This document shows positions 1 to 11,859 of a DNA stretch of 64,000 bases, in pieces. Under the pieces are notes generated by a model that saw only the letters and a list, made by a program, of their open reading frames with translations, was not told where the DNA came from and searched no databases. Within the stretch, counting starts at the first letter, position 1. Every line of letters begins with the position of its first letter. Both the position numbers and the translations under genes were made by a program. The stretch is from assembly GCA_013265495.1 (NCBI GenBank), contig MU061578.1:1931308-1995307 (forward strand), given 5' to 3'. The DNA comes from Vicugna vicugna (Eukaryota).

Positions 1-29
1 CCCATCTCCATCATGCTCCCTCTGACGTA

Positions 30-603
30 CAGTTAGTTCTGTTACAATGTCCATTTTGAAAACACACATGCATTCCACTGCATGGGTATAACACGGAACA
101 ACTGGAGCATGATCTGCATTTCACGTTTGCTCATGCTTGATTTCATCTGTGAAAAACACTGGCTCCACACGGAAAACTCCACCCAGCTGAAATGAGCTCC
201 ACAGAAACACACCCAAGCACACATCTCGAAGAGTGGCGTGCTATCCCAGTTCACAGCATATGCTATGAGTCACACTCATCTACATCTGGTGCCACAACTT
301 TGCATCCAATTTCAGATAACTCTCCTTCACAGTAACTCACAGGCAGCACCCCTTCTGATGCCCACTTCCACAGAGAACTTCCAGTCTTCTTCGAAGGAAA
401 GTGCCATATTTGTTGTAGCATTTATGCACTTAAGTCATTTAACACGGGTAAAACTGTGCAATTGTGTGTGTGTGTCATTTTGTGTCACTGATGAAGCTGC
501 CCAGAGTCCCATTCTCCCCAGAAGCCCTGTGTTTTTTATTGTGTGATTTCTGCACAGTGCAGAGATTTTTCAGGAACACAGATGTCCTGTTATAGGAAAA
601 CTA
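30..603. mobile_element. Tigger-type (TcMar) non-autonomous DNA transposon remnant
   Basis: Starts TA|CAGTTAGTTCTGTTACAA and ends with a degenerate inverted copy (GTTATAGGAAAACTA|TA). TA flanks and CAGT terminus are typical of Tigger elements. Subfamily not determined. Confidence 0.5.
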
Positions 604-3104
604 TATGGTATATGTTCACACTAAGAGAAAGGGTAGATGGAATCACAACATTATCTGGGTTGTTTTTTTTTTCTCTTTCTCTCAATCAGATGACTCTACT
701 ACATTTCAGACTCTTAAAATTGCAGTCTTTGGGGGCATACAATGAAAACGGTCCGACAAAGGGCTTGAGCACAGACACACAGGAAGACCATCCACCTTAT
801 TAGGGAGGAGCCAGCTGCTCCTGCTGCAGCAGCTCTAATATAAATATATTGTATTTATCTTCCCAGAAATATTAGGTAGCCCATATTAGATGCTCTTTCA
901 CTGTCTTTCAACATCAAGGTGTTCTCTGAGATAACAGAAGCAATTTGGCTTCCCTTCAAATGGTGTCCTCACAGCAGCTCATGGCCAGCACCCTCTGAAC
1001 ATCTTCATTTGTACTTTCCAAATGGTGTCATCTCTGGACCTGGCCATGTCCATCAACCCAAGCTGTTTGCCCAAGGTCAAACACCCCGAATGGTTGGGTG
1101 TCGGTGAACATTCCAGCTATAGTTTACGGCCGTGCTCAGGAGTGTTTGCACAGTCCAGGACATAACTTATGTGTTTTTCTTCCAGCCTTGATAACCTTCT
1201 GAGAGGTAGCTGTGGCTAAGGGTGTTGGCAGAGCAGTGTATAAATTTGTTGTGCTAGCAAGCATCCCATACAGGAAAAAAAATGTACAGTGAGCCCCCAA
1301 GTCTCCATTGACGTATGGTTTTACTTCTTTGCTGGTTTTCACAGATTAAACCCACCCACCCACCCCCACGTCCCTCCCCTCAAAAGTTTGAAGTGCACAG
1401 TGCCATGTGAATATGTAGATGACTTAAATGACCTGCATCAGGTGAGTATTATTTCGTTAATTCAAATCCGTTATATTATTACAGAGATTAAAGACCTTTT
1501 GGTCCAAAGTGCTAGAAAAGCAATAAATCTGAATTAGATCTACCATTTTAGTCACTCAGGATTAGACATTTTGGTGATGCGATCCATTAACGTGCTTTAA
1601 ATCTATTGATTCATCCTAGAAAGACACAATTTAAACTCAGAAGTCACAAAATGAACTTTCCATTAAGTTTGGGAGACTATGGTCACAGCTCATTTGACTT
1701 TTATGAACTAGAAAATGTGATGTAGACCACAATGGCATTCTATTAAGGGAAATCATGCATTTAACCATGTAGCAAAATACTGTAGTCAATTATGTGAACA
1801 CACACCTATTTTACACATGGCTGGTTCTCTGACTTTAAATTATTAAGGATGTGCATTTAGCTTGTTTTAAGGAGTATTTACTCCCAAGGAAGAGATCCAT
1901 GATAAAACTTTGTTCAAAACGTAAATGAATATTTTTTCATTTATATTAAAAATTTTTTTTCAATAAGAAACTGTAATCGAGCACAGAAACTTTGGCTGTA
2001 TTTATTTCTTTGCCTCAGAAAACATGATCAATTCGCTTTTTTGTAAGTGAGAAAAGTATATATTCTATCAGGGAGAGAAAAAAAACCTCCATCAGAAGCA
2101 GATTTTGAGATTCATCTGCCAGCCTGGAAAACATAATGACAGTGTTTAAAAAAAAAAAAAGTGAAAATAGAGACGGGGGGACAAAAACTATTTAGATAAG
2201 GTTTAGTTTCTCTTTTCTGGAGTTCATCTTGATGGTGTGCTCTATAAACATCATTTTCTCTCAATATAATTTTGTTTATATTAGTATTATACTTAAGCCA
2301 GACTATATTAATACCAGACTCATTATTATTCTCTATTTCAGCAAGGGTACACTTTAGTTCCAAATAGAAGTCAACCCAGTTCTTTCTTGAATCCATCATC
2401 ACCAAGTTTTTAACTGTTACACCTTCCCCCCAAGTTCATAATCATGAAGCCTTGACTAGCCCAAAGCCTAAAACGTTAGAAATCATCTGATTCAAATCCC
2501 GTTTGCAGAAGAGACGTTAAGTCCCACAGGGGTTAAGGGACAAGCTCAAGGTCACACAAAGTCAACCCATTGCAAAAGCATTCACTGTCCTCTATTGCCA
2601 CCTCTTATAAAGAGGCGCCCTCTTAATTTTTTAAAACAAGCTCTCTCTTGGGCTTCCTTCATAAAGACACAGACAAAACAAGTAATATCCTGAACAAGTC
2701 TGAAGATTATTTCTATCTACCAATTCCTCCCTTGAATCTCTCTTGTCATCAAATCCCGGTAATTCTTTCTTCTTTTTATGTATTCAAATTAGGCTTTTCC
2801 CCCACTGCCATACAGTCTCATCCTTGTCTTGGTTCTCACCCCCGAATGTCTGTCTGAAGCCCCATGAAAACCAGTGCTGTAGTTCCTTGTCCCACAAATC
2901 ATCCAGCATCAACCAAACAGGCTGATCCTGCTTCTCTATTCCTCCTATTATCTGGTTTTTATCTTCGCAGGATGTAGACAGGCCAGGTGGAGCTCAAGAA
3001 ATAATGGCGAAGTTAATTGATAGGAATTGATCATGAATCGTGCTCAGGTTGGCAGGGATGCTAGAGTAAAGAGAGCGGGCTTGCGGCTCGGCAACACGGG
3101 TAAG

Positions 3105-3410
3105 CTGAATGCATGTTTGACTGGCCAAGACGGAGGAGCCAAGGATAGACTGGGGTGCAGGTGGCCAGGGCAGGGAGGGTGCTGATTTCAGCTTCAGACG
3201 TAATGAATGAAATGTATCAATGGGAAATTCATGGTCGGGGGAAACTGGAGATAATTATGAAGAAATATGAGTCTCGAGTTCATAAGAAACATTTGGGGCT
3301 AGACATAATATTGGGGGGAGCCGTGAAGATATACTTGGAGCTTAAAAACAGAGATTGAAGGAGGTCACCCAGAGAAAGAGTGTGGAGGAAGGAGAAATGA
3401 GACCATGGAT
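3105..3410 (-). mobile_element. L2 LINE fragment
   Basis: Purine-rich antisense L2-like motifs (TTTGGGGCTAGACATAATATTGGGGG, GAGGTCACCCAGAGAAAGAGTGTGGAG). Confidence 0.5.
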
Positions 3411-4084
3411 AGTGTCCACATCTTCAAGCATGCATGCATGTAACTGACACTGTTTCAGAAGCGCCCAATATAAAGCTCTATATCTGTGCTTCAATCATTG
3501 GCCAGGTGTATGTTTCTAACCAATGGATTTAAGTTATACCTGTGTAAATATATATTTTTTCTTCTCTTTTACTCTACCCCAATACACACAGTGCTAAAGG
3601 AAGCACAAGGTAGATGCTTTAAAAATGTTATTGGATGGTATTAAACATCATTTCAGCTTTTGGAATCCAGTGTAGGCGGTAAACAGAGATGACCTCAACA
3701 CACAAAATGCAATAAAAGACAGGACGGGGTAGGAAATCAATGCCTCCATTTGCAAAGAGAGAGAAAACAAGGATGAACCAGACATTATTAGCATGATATA
3801 TAAGCTCTGCATAGCTCCATTTATATCCGTTGTATTAAGGATAAATTGCCTGAATAAATTCTATTATTCTAAGAAATAGCACAAATAACAAGCTGACAGC
3901 ATCAGGAAAAAAATGAAAATAATAATGTTGATATTGCTAGAATTGTATGTTATTTCTCTATTTCCAGTTTCATGGATCTAGTTAGGCAATGATTCAAACT
4001 CGAGGGTGGGTTAAAGTCAAATTCACATATCCAAATTGAAATCTTCCAGAATAAGAAACTAATTATTTGTTATTAATAAAAGCC

Positions 4085-4500
4085 TGGACTCATTGTCTAC
4101 TGTGTTCCATGCAACATGCTAAATGCTTAACATAAACTGTTTGAATTCCTTATCAAAAGAAAGACTGGTAATAAATATCATGCCAGTTTTATAGGTTACA
4201 GAACTGAGGCTACATCGGGTCACTGACTCAAATTAACACAGCCAGTAACTTGGAAAAGGGAAAATTTCAACACATGGTTCTCTCCAAAAATGGGTAATGA
4301 AGTATGAGCTTTGGAAGCCTGGGCTTAAATTCCCCATTGATCTCTTGTGGCTTTGTTACCTTAAATGGCTTCATCAAGGCTTCTGAGCCTTGGTTTCCTC
4401 ATCTGAAGAAGAGGACGGCGATGCCTATGTCAGAAAGCTGTTTGGAGCATTAAGTAAGAACGTCTGCAAAGCACTTAATTCAGTGTCAAGTAAGTGATCA
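4085..4500. mobile_element. Two MIR SINE fragments in opposite orientation
   Basis: MIR core motifs ACAGAACTGAGGCT (~4198) and CTGAGCCTTGGTTTCCTCATCTGAAGAAGAGGA (~4383). Confidence 0.7.
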
Positions 4501-5699
4501 ATAAACAGTAGCTGTGATTAGGAGAAAACAGATGGAAGGACAGGAGACAGAGGTCACCACCTTTTTGGTGACCTTGCCTAGGCAAGAACAAAGGAAGAGG
4601 GGGCACTGAAAAAGCCCCCCCCCAAAAATAACCAACAACAACAAAACAAACAAACAAACAAAAAAACAGGCGAAGAGTTAGGAAATCCACCCAAAGAATC
4701 AGTGGAAGACAGAGCTTCGAGAAGGAAGGAGGGATGTGCAATATTAAACCTCATGGGGAGGATAAAAAAAGAGCCAAACTGCCCATAGGAATGGGCAGTT
4801 CTAATGTTAAGAGTCAAGGTTCATATCAGATGGTGGCTGGTTAAGGGCTGAATACAGTTCAAAATGTTGACTGGTTCCTGTCTGCCCACGTCACCCAAAA
4901 AGGCTTCACTTGCCCTTCTGTGTTTAGTCTTCATTTTTTGAGGCAGCCCCTATTACAACACTTGCTTTGCAAATGGAAAACCCAGACACTCTCTAGGTTA
5001 AGTGACTTGTTGTAGGTCACCCAGCCAGTCAATGGTGATGCCTGTCTGCCTTCCTAATCTGATGTATCCCCTCTTCTGAGAGCCTATTTCCTATTATCTT
5101 CTTCAATGAAACCTTTAAAAAAAAAAAAAGTATGACGTTGTGCCATGTCAAAATTCTCAACAACCAGGAAGAGATCATCTGATTGGCCAGCCCCTTTCAC
5201 GTCTTTCTTCAGTCTAGTCAGCTACCGCCAGTGAGCAGATCTTCAGTCCACGGGGAGATCCACAGAAGCCTTGGATGAAGTTTTCTAAGAAAAAGTGAAA
5301 AGAGCAGACGGACATACTGCCTCTCCAACAGGATTCATTAGCACTGAAATCATTAAATCCATTAGAAGGTTAGAGATAAATCTGAAGGTAATAAATTTTA
5401 AAATGGCTTTAATGACATATTTCCTCATAGAACAAAGATAAACATTTCAAATATTTCATAGCCATTACTGCTTGCAACTTTTCCTGGCTACTAGTTCCAT
5501 GGCAGAAAGTTGGGACCTCTGGATGAATTCAGGTAGGATATACTGTTTAAACATTGCTCTTCTCTCATGCACATTAGCTTTGATCCTGCATCTTATGAGA
5601 TGGAGTGCAGTGAAAATGCTACCTATCAGTGATAATAAGCAATGTTCACTGAAAGTTTTTAATGCATCAGACCTTATGCTAAACAATGCACTTGTATAC

Positions 5700-5860
5700 T
5701 CTAATTTAAGCATTCCAGTAGCCTTACAAGATAGGTATTATTATCATTCCCAATTTATATATGAAGAAACAGACACAGAGAGTCTGGAGCACAGATCAGA
5801 GTCACCAAGTCAGCACATGGTAGAGTCAAGATGTGAATTTGGGTCTCCACCATCATGTCT
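5700..5860 (-). mobile_element. MIR SINE
   Basis: ATTATTATCATTCCCAATTTATATATGAAGAAACAGACACAGAGAG matches the MIR core. Confidence 0.7.
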
Positions 5861-5984
5861 CTGTAATTTGGGTACCAGAGAGTTTGTGCTATTAATTATG
5901 AGAAGATGTTTAATGACAGTCCTCGTTAAACACTGATGTTTAATGGATGTTAGGTTAAAATGTGTATGAGCATGTATGTCTGCA

Positions 5985-6125
5985 AGAGAAGAGGAGAGGA
6001 GGTGATGGGAGGGGAGGGAGAGAGAGGGAAGGGGGAGGGAGGGAAAATGAGGAGGAGGGAGGGGAGGGGCAGAGGGGGGAGAGATCACAGGAGGAAAAGA
6101 AGGAAGAAATGAAAGAGGAGGAAAG
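5985..6125. repeat. Purine-rich (GA) low-complexity tract
   Basis: About 140 bp almost entirely G/A, with many GGG/GGGG runs. Confidence 0.9.
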
Positions 6126-6993
6126 GCTGAAATAGACAGGGAAGAGAACTAAGAATGACATTACTCACTGGTTGTTCCTCCAAAGGACAAGATGCCAAGG
6201 CCATCGCCAGCCCACTCATTAGTCAGCTACCAACACCAATCCGGTGTGACGTGGGTAAGAGCACAGCTACCCCACAGTTAACAGAGCAGAATGTCTTCCC
6301 AACACCCAAAGACTGGTCCTGAGAAGTATTCTGGGAAAATCTCACTGCTTTAAACAGCACTGACATCCTCTAACCTAAACTGCATTGGGGAAGAAAACAG
6401 AGGGACTTAACAATGACTGAGGTGGGCAGGAGGCGATGCTGAATTGTTCAGGGCTGAAAACAATGCCCAGAAGTCACCTAAATGTTATCGCCTCACGCTG
6501 CCTTCCTCAATCCACCAGATGCTGTCTGATGCCCTTTCGTCCCAAGAAACACGTACAGAATTCCAAGTCTGCGACTAATACCTTTGATACTACACCAGCT
6601 TAACAGTGGCTCCCTTACAGAAGATTCTTCCCTCCCTGGATCATGACGTTCCTGTTAGGAGGTGATGTGATCTAGCAGAAAATTCTCAGAACCAAGAATC
6701 ACGACACCTGCCTTCCAGATAAAGCTCTGCCATGGATTTCCATAAGAATTTCAGCACACCATGAAGACTCTCTGGCGTGAGTTTCCACTTTGTTAAATAA
6801 ACGAAAACCTCTTTAAAAACTCTAAAGCACTGGAAAAGGCATCAGAAATTGCATTTTGGACCATGCAAAATATTATAGATTATTCTTGTTCTCCTACCCT
6901 CATTTTCAGCAACTATGTATTTTTCTATACTCTATTCTCTTTTTTTCTAACCAGGAAAGCATGTATACATCTATAACCTTAAAAATATATGGC

Positions 6994-7110
6994 CAGAGTC
7001 GGGGGTATAGCTCAGTGGTAGAGCATGTGCTTGGTATACACAAGGTCTTGGGTTTAATCCCCAGTGCCTCATTAAGAAAAAAGTATACACACACACACAC
7101 ACACACATAT

Positions 7111-7144
<34 letters not shown>
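6994..7144 (+). mobile_element. tRNA-Ala-derived SINE (camelid Vic-1-like) with (CA)n tail
   Basis: 7001-7070 resembles tRNA-Ala(AGC) (GGGGGTATAGCTCAGTGGTAGAGC...GGTTTAATCCCCAGTGCCTC), followed by an A-rich and then (CA)n tail. Flanking repeat ATATGGC at 6987-6993 and 7145-7151. Confidence 0.85.
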
Positions 7145-7148
<4 letters not shown>

Positions 7149-8006
7149 GGCAATTGTAAAGTGGGCATGGTTAGTATCTTCTCCCATGACATACTTCCTG
7201 TGATGCAGTGCCAGGTGCCACCCCTAAATTCTCAAGTGCGACTCAAAGCCAAAATCTGGCCTCATTTGCCAATGAAAGTTAATGTCATCCCTTCCCCTCC
7301 TCTGGCAACAATTTCTCCTGCTCTAGAACACTTGAAGGGAACCACAACTGCAGGCACCATAGTAGCAGGAGTACAACATTAACAGCCAATGAACAGAATA
7401 TTTCCAGGTAAGACACGACTTGAAAATCCTGTGCTAGCCCGAAATCCAAGCTCACCGATGGAAGTGACTCCAGTGTAACACTTGCTGGTATCAGGTGAGA
7501 AAACACAGGCACATTATTCAATCCAACCAAGCTGTCTGTTGAGAAGATGCTTCGGGACTGATTAATGACAGAAAGCCAAGAGGAATTGCTCAGACCTTGG
7601 CGGCCAAGGTCAAACGCACAAGCAGGCAGAATCAAGAGAGTCAGGGATGTAGCCCGATTTGGATTTAGGCTGCCGGCCTCAAGCTTTGGCTGCAGCCACA
7701 GTGTGTTGTCATTCCCCCTCAATTCCAGCCGCACTGCACACAAGATGGAGAGGCATATGGCGGCGCCTTCCCCCCAACTCAGCGTAAATGTGGGCTCTAA
7801 ATTAAGCTTTAAACCTTTCAGAATCCTTCGCCAGCAAGAGAAAATATATAAGCCATGATATTTTGGGCACCATATTTTGTGCAATATTGCCTTGGAGCAT
7901 GTGCTTCAATAATTTTGAGGGCAGGGCCAACAGCCAGTAAGTCAAGCCACATCTTGGGATGGAGGAAACTGACAGGTGTGTGTTCCCCAAAAGCAAAACA
8001 CTGGGC

Positions 8007-8010
<4 letters not shown>

Positions 8011-8052
<42 letters not shown>
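8011..8052. repeat. (CAT)14 microsatellite
   Basis: Perfect trinucleotide run, which explains the poly-His in ORF 7855..8079. Confidence 0.98.
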
Positions 8053-8079
8053 ACCATTGACCGTTCGTCGAGGGCTTAG

Positions 8080-8378
8080 ATGTTACGGGCAGAGTGCTGA
8101 CAGCTTTACATAGATTTTGTCACTGAAACTTCGTAACAACTTTATGGGGTAGGTCTTTTTATTATCCTAATTTTCTGAAAGAAGCTGCAAAGGCTTAGGA
8201 CATTAAATCATCTGCTCTTGGTCACCTGGTTAGTTGCAGGACCAGGATGCAAACAGGCAATAGGACTTCAGTATAATGTCGATACCACAGGTACAATTCA
8301 GAGACTCCACAGTGAAAGTTGCAGGACCAGGATGCAAACAGGCAATAGGACTTCGGAACCTGCATACCTAACCCTAAC
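8080..8378 (-). mobile_element. MIR SINE (end involved in a local duplication)
   Basis: TTTACATAGATTTTGTCACTGAAACTTCGTAACAACTTTATGGGGTAGG...GGTCACCTGGTTAGTTGCAGGACCAGGATGCAAAC is MIR-like. Confidence 0.65.
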
Positions 8379-8423
8379 AGTATAATGTCGATACCACAGG
8401 TACAATTCAGAGACTCCACAGTG
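8232..8423. repeat. Perfect local duplication A-B / A-x-B
   Basis: A (38 bp) 8232-8269 = 8317-8354; B (45 bp) 8270-8314 = 8379-8423; 24-bp x (8355-8378) present only in copy 2. Confidence 0.97.
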
Positions 8424-9808
8424 TGCGTGCTGAGCGTCACTCTAGTTGTGATCTGGGTATACCAACTGTGTGCAGTCAAGGTCGCTAAACAGCACGTCAA
8501 AGCAAGGCGGAATCATTCAAACGACTGCCCTTCCTTCATTTCATTTATTAAAACATTCACTGAACATCTACAGAATTTGAAGCAGAGGAGAATGCAGGGG
8601 GGACGTCACGATTACCTGCTCCAGGTCGGAGGTGTAAATGAAAAACAGATCCGTGCAGCAGACTTGTGGGAGCTTTTACTCCCTCGAGTTTGAGCCAAAA
8701 TTAATAAAATACACACACACACACACACATATGCACACATATATATCAACTCACGAAATATTTCTCTTTTTCATTTCACAGGGAGGAAAAAGAACATGCT
8801 ATACCAGTTAGGGGGGAAATGTGTAAACTCCAGGAGTGAGATTTCCTTAGCCTTATAACCACAAAAGGAGAGAGAAAATCCTGGCGAACAGGTGAATTAA
8901 GCCCCCATCTAACTGCAACAAGCCGTCTTTCGGAGCCTCCTCTACCAGTACCAGGTACTGGTTTTAAATGATCCCAGCCATTCAAGCCAGTGGGACAGGC
9001 ACAGCCCTGTGCTCTCAGTGCTCTGACACCTAGTTTCCCAAACCTTCCACAAGCGTGATGGGTGCAGCCAGATTAATGACCCCAGAGTCCTGGATGGAAG
9101 GTCAGAGGAACCACCCGCGCTGTCACTCCGCTTTCCTAATCCCTCCCTCTCCGGGCCCAAACCTGCCCTCCAGCCGGGGAGGATGGCAGAAACTATCTGG
9201 AAGTGGGTCAGAGAACCAGCCGTGCTAACTGCACTTTTCCCTGTGGGCAATTCAAAAATAAATAAACGAGGGAGAGAGACAGAGCACACTGGCCAAAGCG
9301 GGAACCTTCCAAGTGTGATTCTGCTTCCCCAGCCTCAGGCAACTTCGGGAGATGACTGGTAAACTCCCACATTCCTAAGCCCCAGGGCGACTCAGCCCCA
9401 GAACAATGCGATCCCAGGGCAGGGGCGGAGTGGGGGAACGGGCCTGAGGATACATACACATTGTAGCTCCTGCAGTGATTCGTCTGCATGTGAAAACAGA
9501 AGCGTAAGTGGCTAATGGACGCGCACCACCCTTCTGAGAGGGGCTAAATCACCATTACTCTGAGAAACCACCCAAGAGTTCCCTGTAGCCAACTCTGCTC
9601 TTTCTCCACTAGGGAGAAATGTATTTTGAGTTGGCAAATAGAGGCACTTGTAAACCAGCGTGTGAGACACTTTTCCAGTGCAGACGAGAGAGCCGCATTT
9701 CCAGTCTCTTTGTAGGCACCGTGGGTCCACCTGTCCTAGTAGCTCCGCCCCGAACGTTTGTTGTATTTGGTTTTATAACACTGGCTATGAAAGCATTCAT
9801 TATAATAC

Positions 9809-9868
9809 CCATCTGACAGCTGCTGGTAAACAAAACAATTGCATGGCAACAGATGGAAAATGGAATCA
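9809..9868. promoter_or_regulatory. Candidate enhancer core (dense TF motif cluster)
   Basis: CCATCTG, TGACAG, CAGCTG, GTAAACA, AACAAT, CATGGCAAC and CAGATGG packed within ~50 bp of unique sequence. Confidence 0.45.
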
Positions 9869-11859
9869 CTCCGTGGTGTAGAATGTCACAGGTACCATCC
9901 CGAGGTCATCTAAAACCACATACAACACGGAAGACTCTTAGCATCTGTGCCAAGGTCCACGGCAGGTTAGACAAATAACGGTGTTCAAATATTTCAGAAC
10001 TGCCTAGCTTCGTGTTGCGTTGTGCCTGGGGTCTCATTTGGTTTGGCTTCACCAGATTTCCTCCCAGTCTCTTTTCTTGCAGATCCCTCAGCAAGAGAAA
10101 ACCAAATTGCTCCTTTAGCCCAATAACATTATCAAACGCAGAAGCGCCAGGAAAGTTTGCAACGTTTCCATTTGCATTTAAAGATAAGAATGACACCGGT
10201 GCACCACAGTACTATGTTCCTTACATATATTTTTTCCTCCAATTCATGCGTGGTAGTCTCACTACTTCTGAGATGTCTTTGTTCACAGCTTCATAGTTTT
10301 TAATTTAGTTACTGAAGTTGCTACCCGAGTAGCAGAGAAACAAAGAGCAGAAAACACAAGCAGGGGCACAATATATTGATCTCTATTTTGCTTTCTTCAC
10401 AGCTGAAGGTTCCTAGGATCAGACACCTCTGTTCTTTGCCTGAAACAGACAATAACATCAGGGAAGGAGTTGCCAGGCAGGTTTATAAAGACGGTATTTT
10501 GTGCGTGGCTGTCTTCTTTTGCGAAAACAAAATCGGTAGGGGCAGATACACTTATCCTCAAACCTTTCATTGTTTCTTGCTCTTGAGGAGTAAAAACTTG
10601 ATTTCTCATGGTAGAAAATTAGACAACTAGAGGGAAACATAAAAATAAATCACCCACAGTCTGCCTGCTTGAGATAACCACGGTTGATGCTTTGGTGGTT
10701 TTCATTTCAGATACGTATGTATGTGTCGGGGGGGGTCTTCGTATGTGTGTGCATGTGTGTAAAAGATACATATTTCAGGCATGTATATGTTGAAAGATTT
10801 TCTATGGCATAATGAGAATAGTTCAGAATAAATACATGCAAAAGTCTAAATATTAGTAACCTTCTAAGAGGTACCAGATCTAGACAGGAAAGCTCTCTTC
10901 TCCTTGGTGTCTGCCAAACACATTTCAGCATTATCTCGTCTTCCCCTCCCTATCTCTGCCTTCCACTATTGCCCACTTGGTCAATGTACCCAAACAGTCA
11001 CCAGGCAAGGTATATTTTGGCCCCTAAATATGAATTAAACTCATCTACTCTCTCTGCTCCCAAAGGCACTACCTGTGTCCAGATCTCTAGCCTGGATTAA
11101 CATACACACCACTCCCATTTGGTCTCCTCCAATCTCCTTCCCACAGAGCAGCCAGAGGAATCTTCTAAATGTACATGGGATCAAGTTAGCCCTAAGGTTC
11201 CCACCATTTAAGGTGGCTGAGAAGATGCTGGGCGGTCTGACTCCAGCCTTTCCTTTCCCATCTTTTTCTCCCTTCATCTCCATCCTTGGCTCACATCTGG
11301 GTCATTGCATATGCTACCATCTTAGGCTAACCCCTCATTCCTCCACTCCTCCCCTCCTCTCATCGCCTCAACCAACTCTTCTCTCTACTAAAACTCAAAC
11401 TCCCATCTGAAGTTACTTCCTCAAGAATGCCAAATGTTTTTCTTAACCTCCTGTCAGTAGTCCTGGAGCATCTTATGTTTCCCCCATCAAAGCGCTTAAG
11501 GCAAAGTACAAGAACGGCTTTTGAATTGAGAATCTATCCTAAAGGTCTTTCTCTGGTGTACCACTGCACCCCCTCCCTGATCCATAGTAGCTGATGCTCA
11601 AAAACATGCCAAATGGATATGAAATCAATACACTTCACCTGCTTAACACTTCATAGATGAGGAAGCAGAGTTGCAGAAACATCCACTGACTTGCCGGGAT
11701 CTGGGATCATGACAGTATTAGAATGAAGACTAAATTTTCCCCGCTTGGGGCCGTTGCACACCAGCGTCTGCCCCACCTTCACTGGGGTATTATTCTGTTA
11801 TCACCCAATAACAAGTGCTTAGAAGATTGATCTAGTCCTCTATCTCACTCTCCAGCAGT

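Noticed and set aside
7001..7070. Functional tRNA-Ala gene
   Set aside because: Anticodon loop and T-loop are mutated (GGTTTAATCC), and it has an A-rich tail and flanking repeat. It is a SINE head, as are the copies at 54042 and ~61360.
7285..7884. 199-aa minus-strand ORF as a protein-coding gene
   Set aside because: No recognisable domain, Leu/Ser-rich random-like composition, no supporting exon structure. An ORF of this length can occur by chance in 64 kb; not tested by BLAST.
7855..8079. Poly-histidine protein
   Set aside because: Artefact of the (CAT)14 microsatellite.
8367..8378. Interstitial telomeric insertion (CCTAACCCTAAC)
   Set aside because: Under two full units and better explained as diverged MIR sequence.
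8232..8423. CRISPR-like repeat-spacer array
   Set aside because: Only two units, the 'spacers' are identical, the context is mammalian and there are no cas genes. It is a local duplication.
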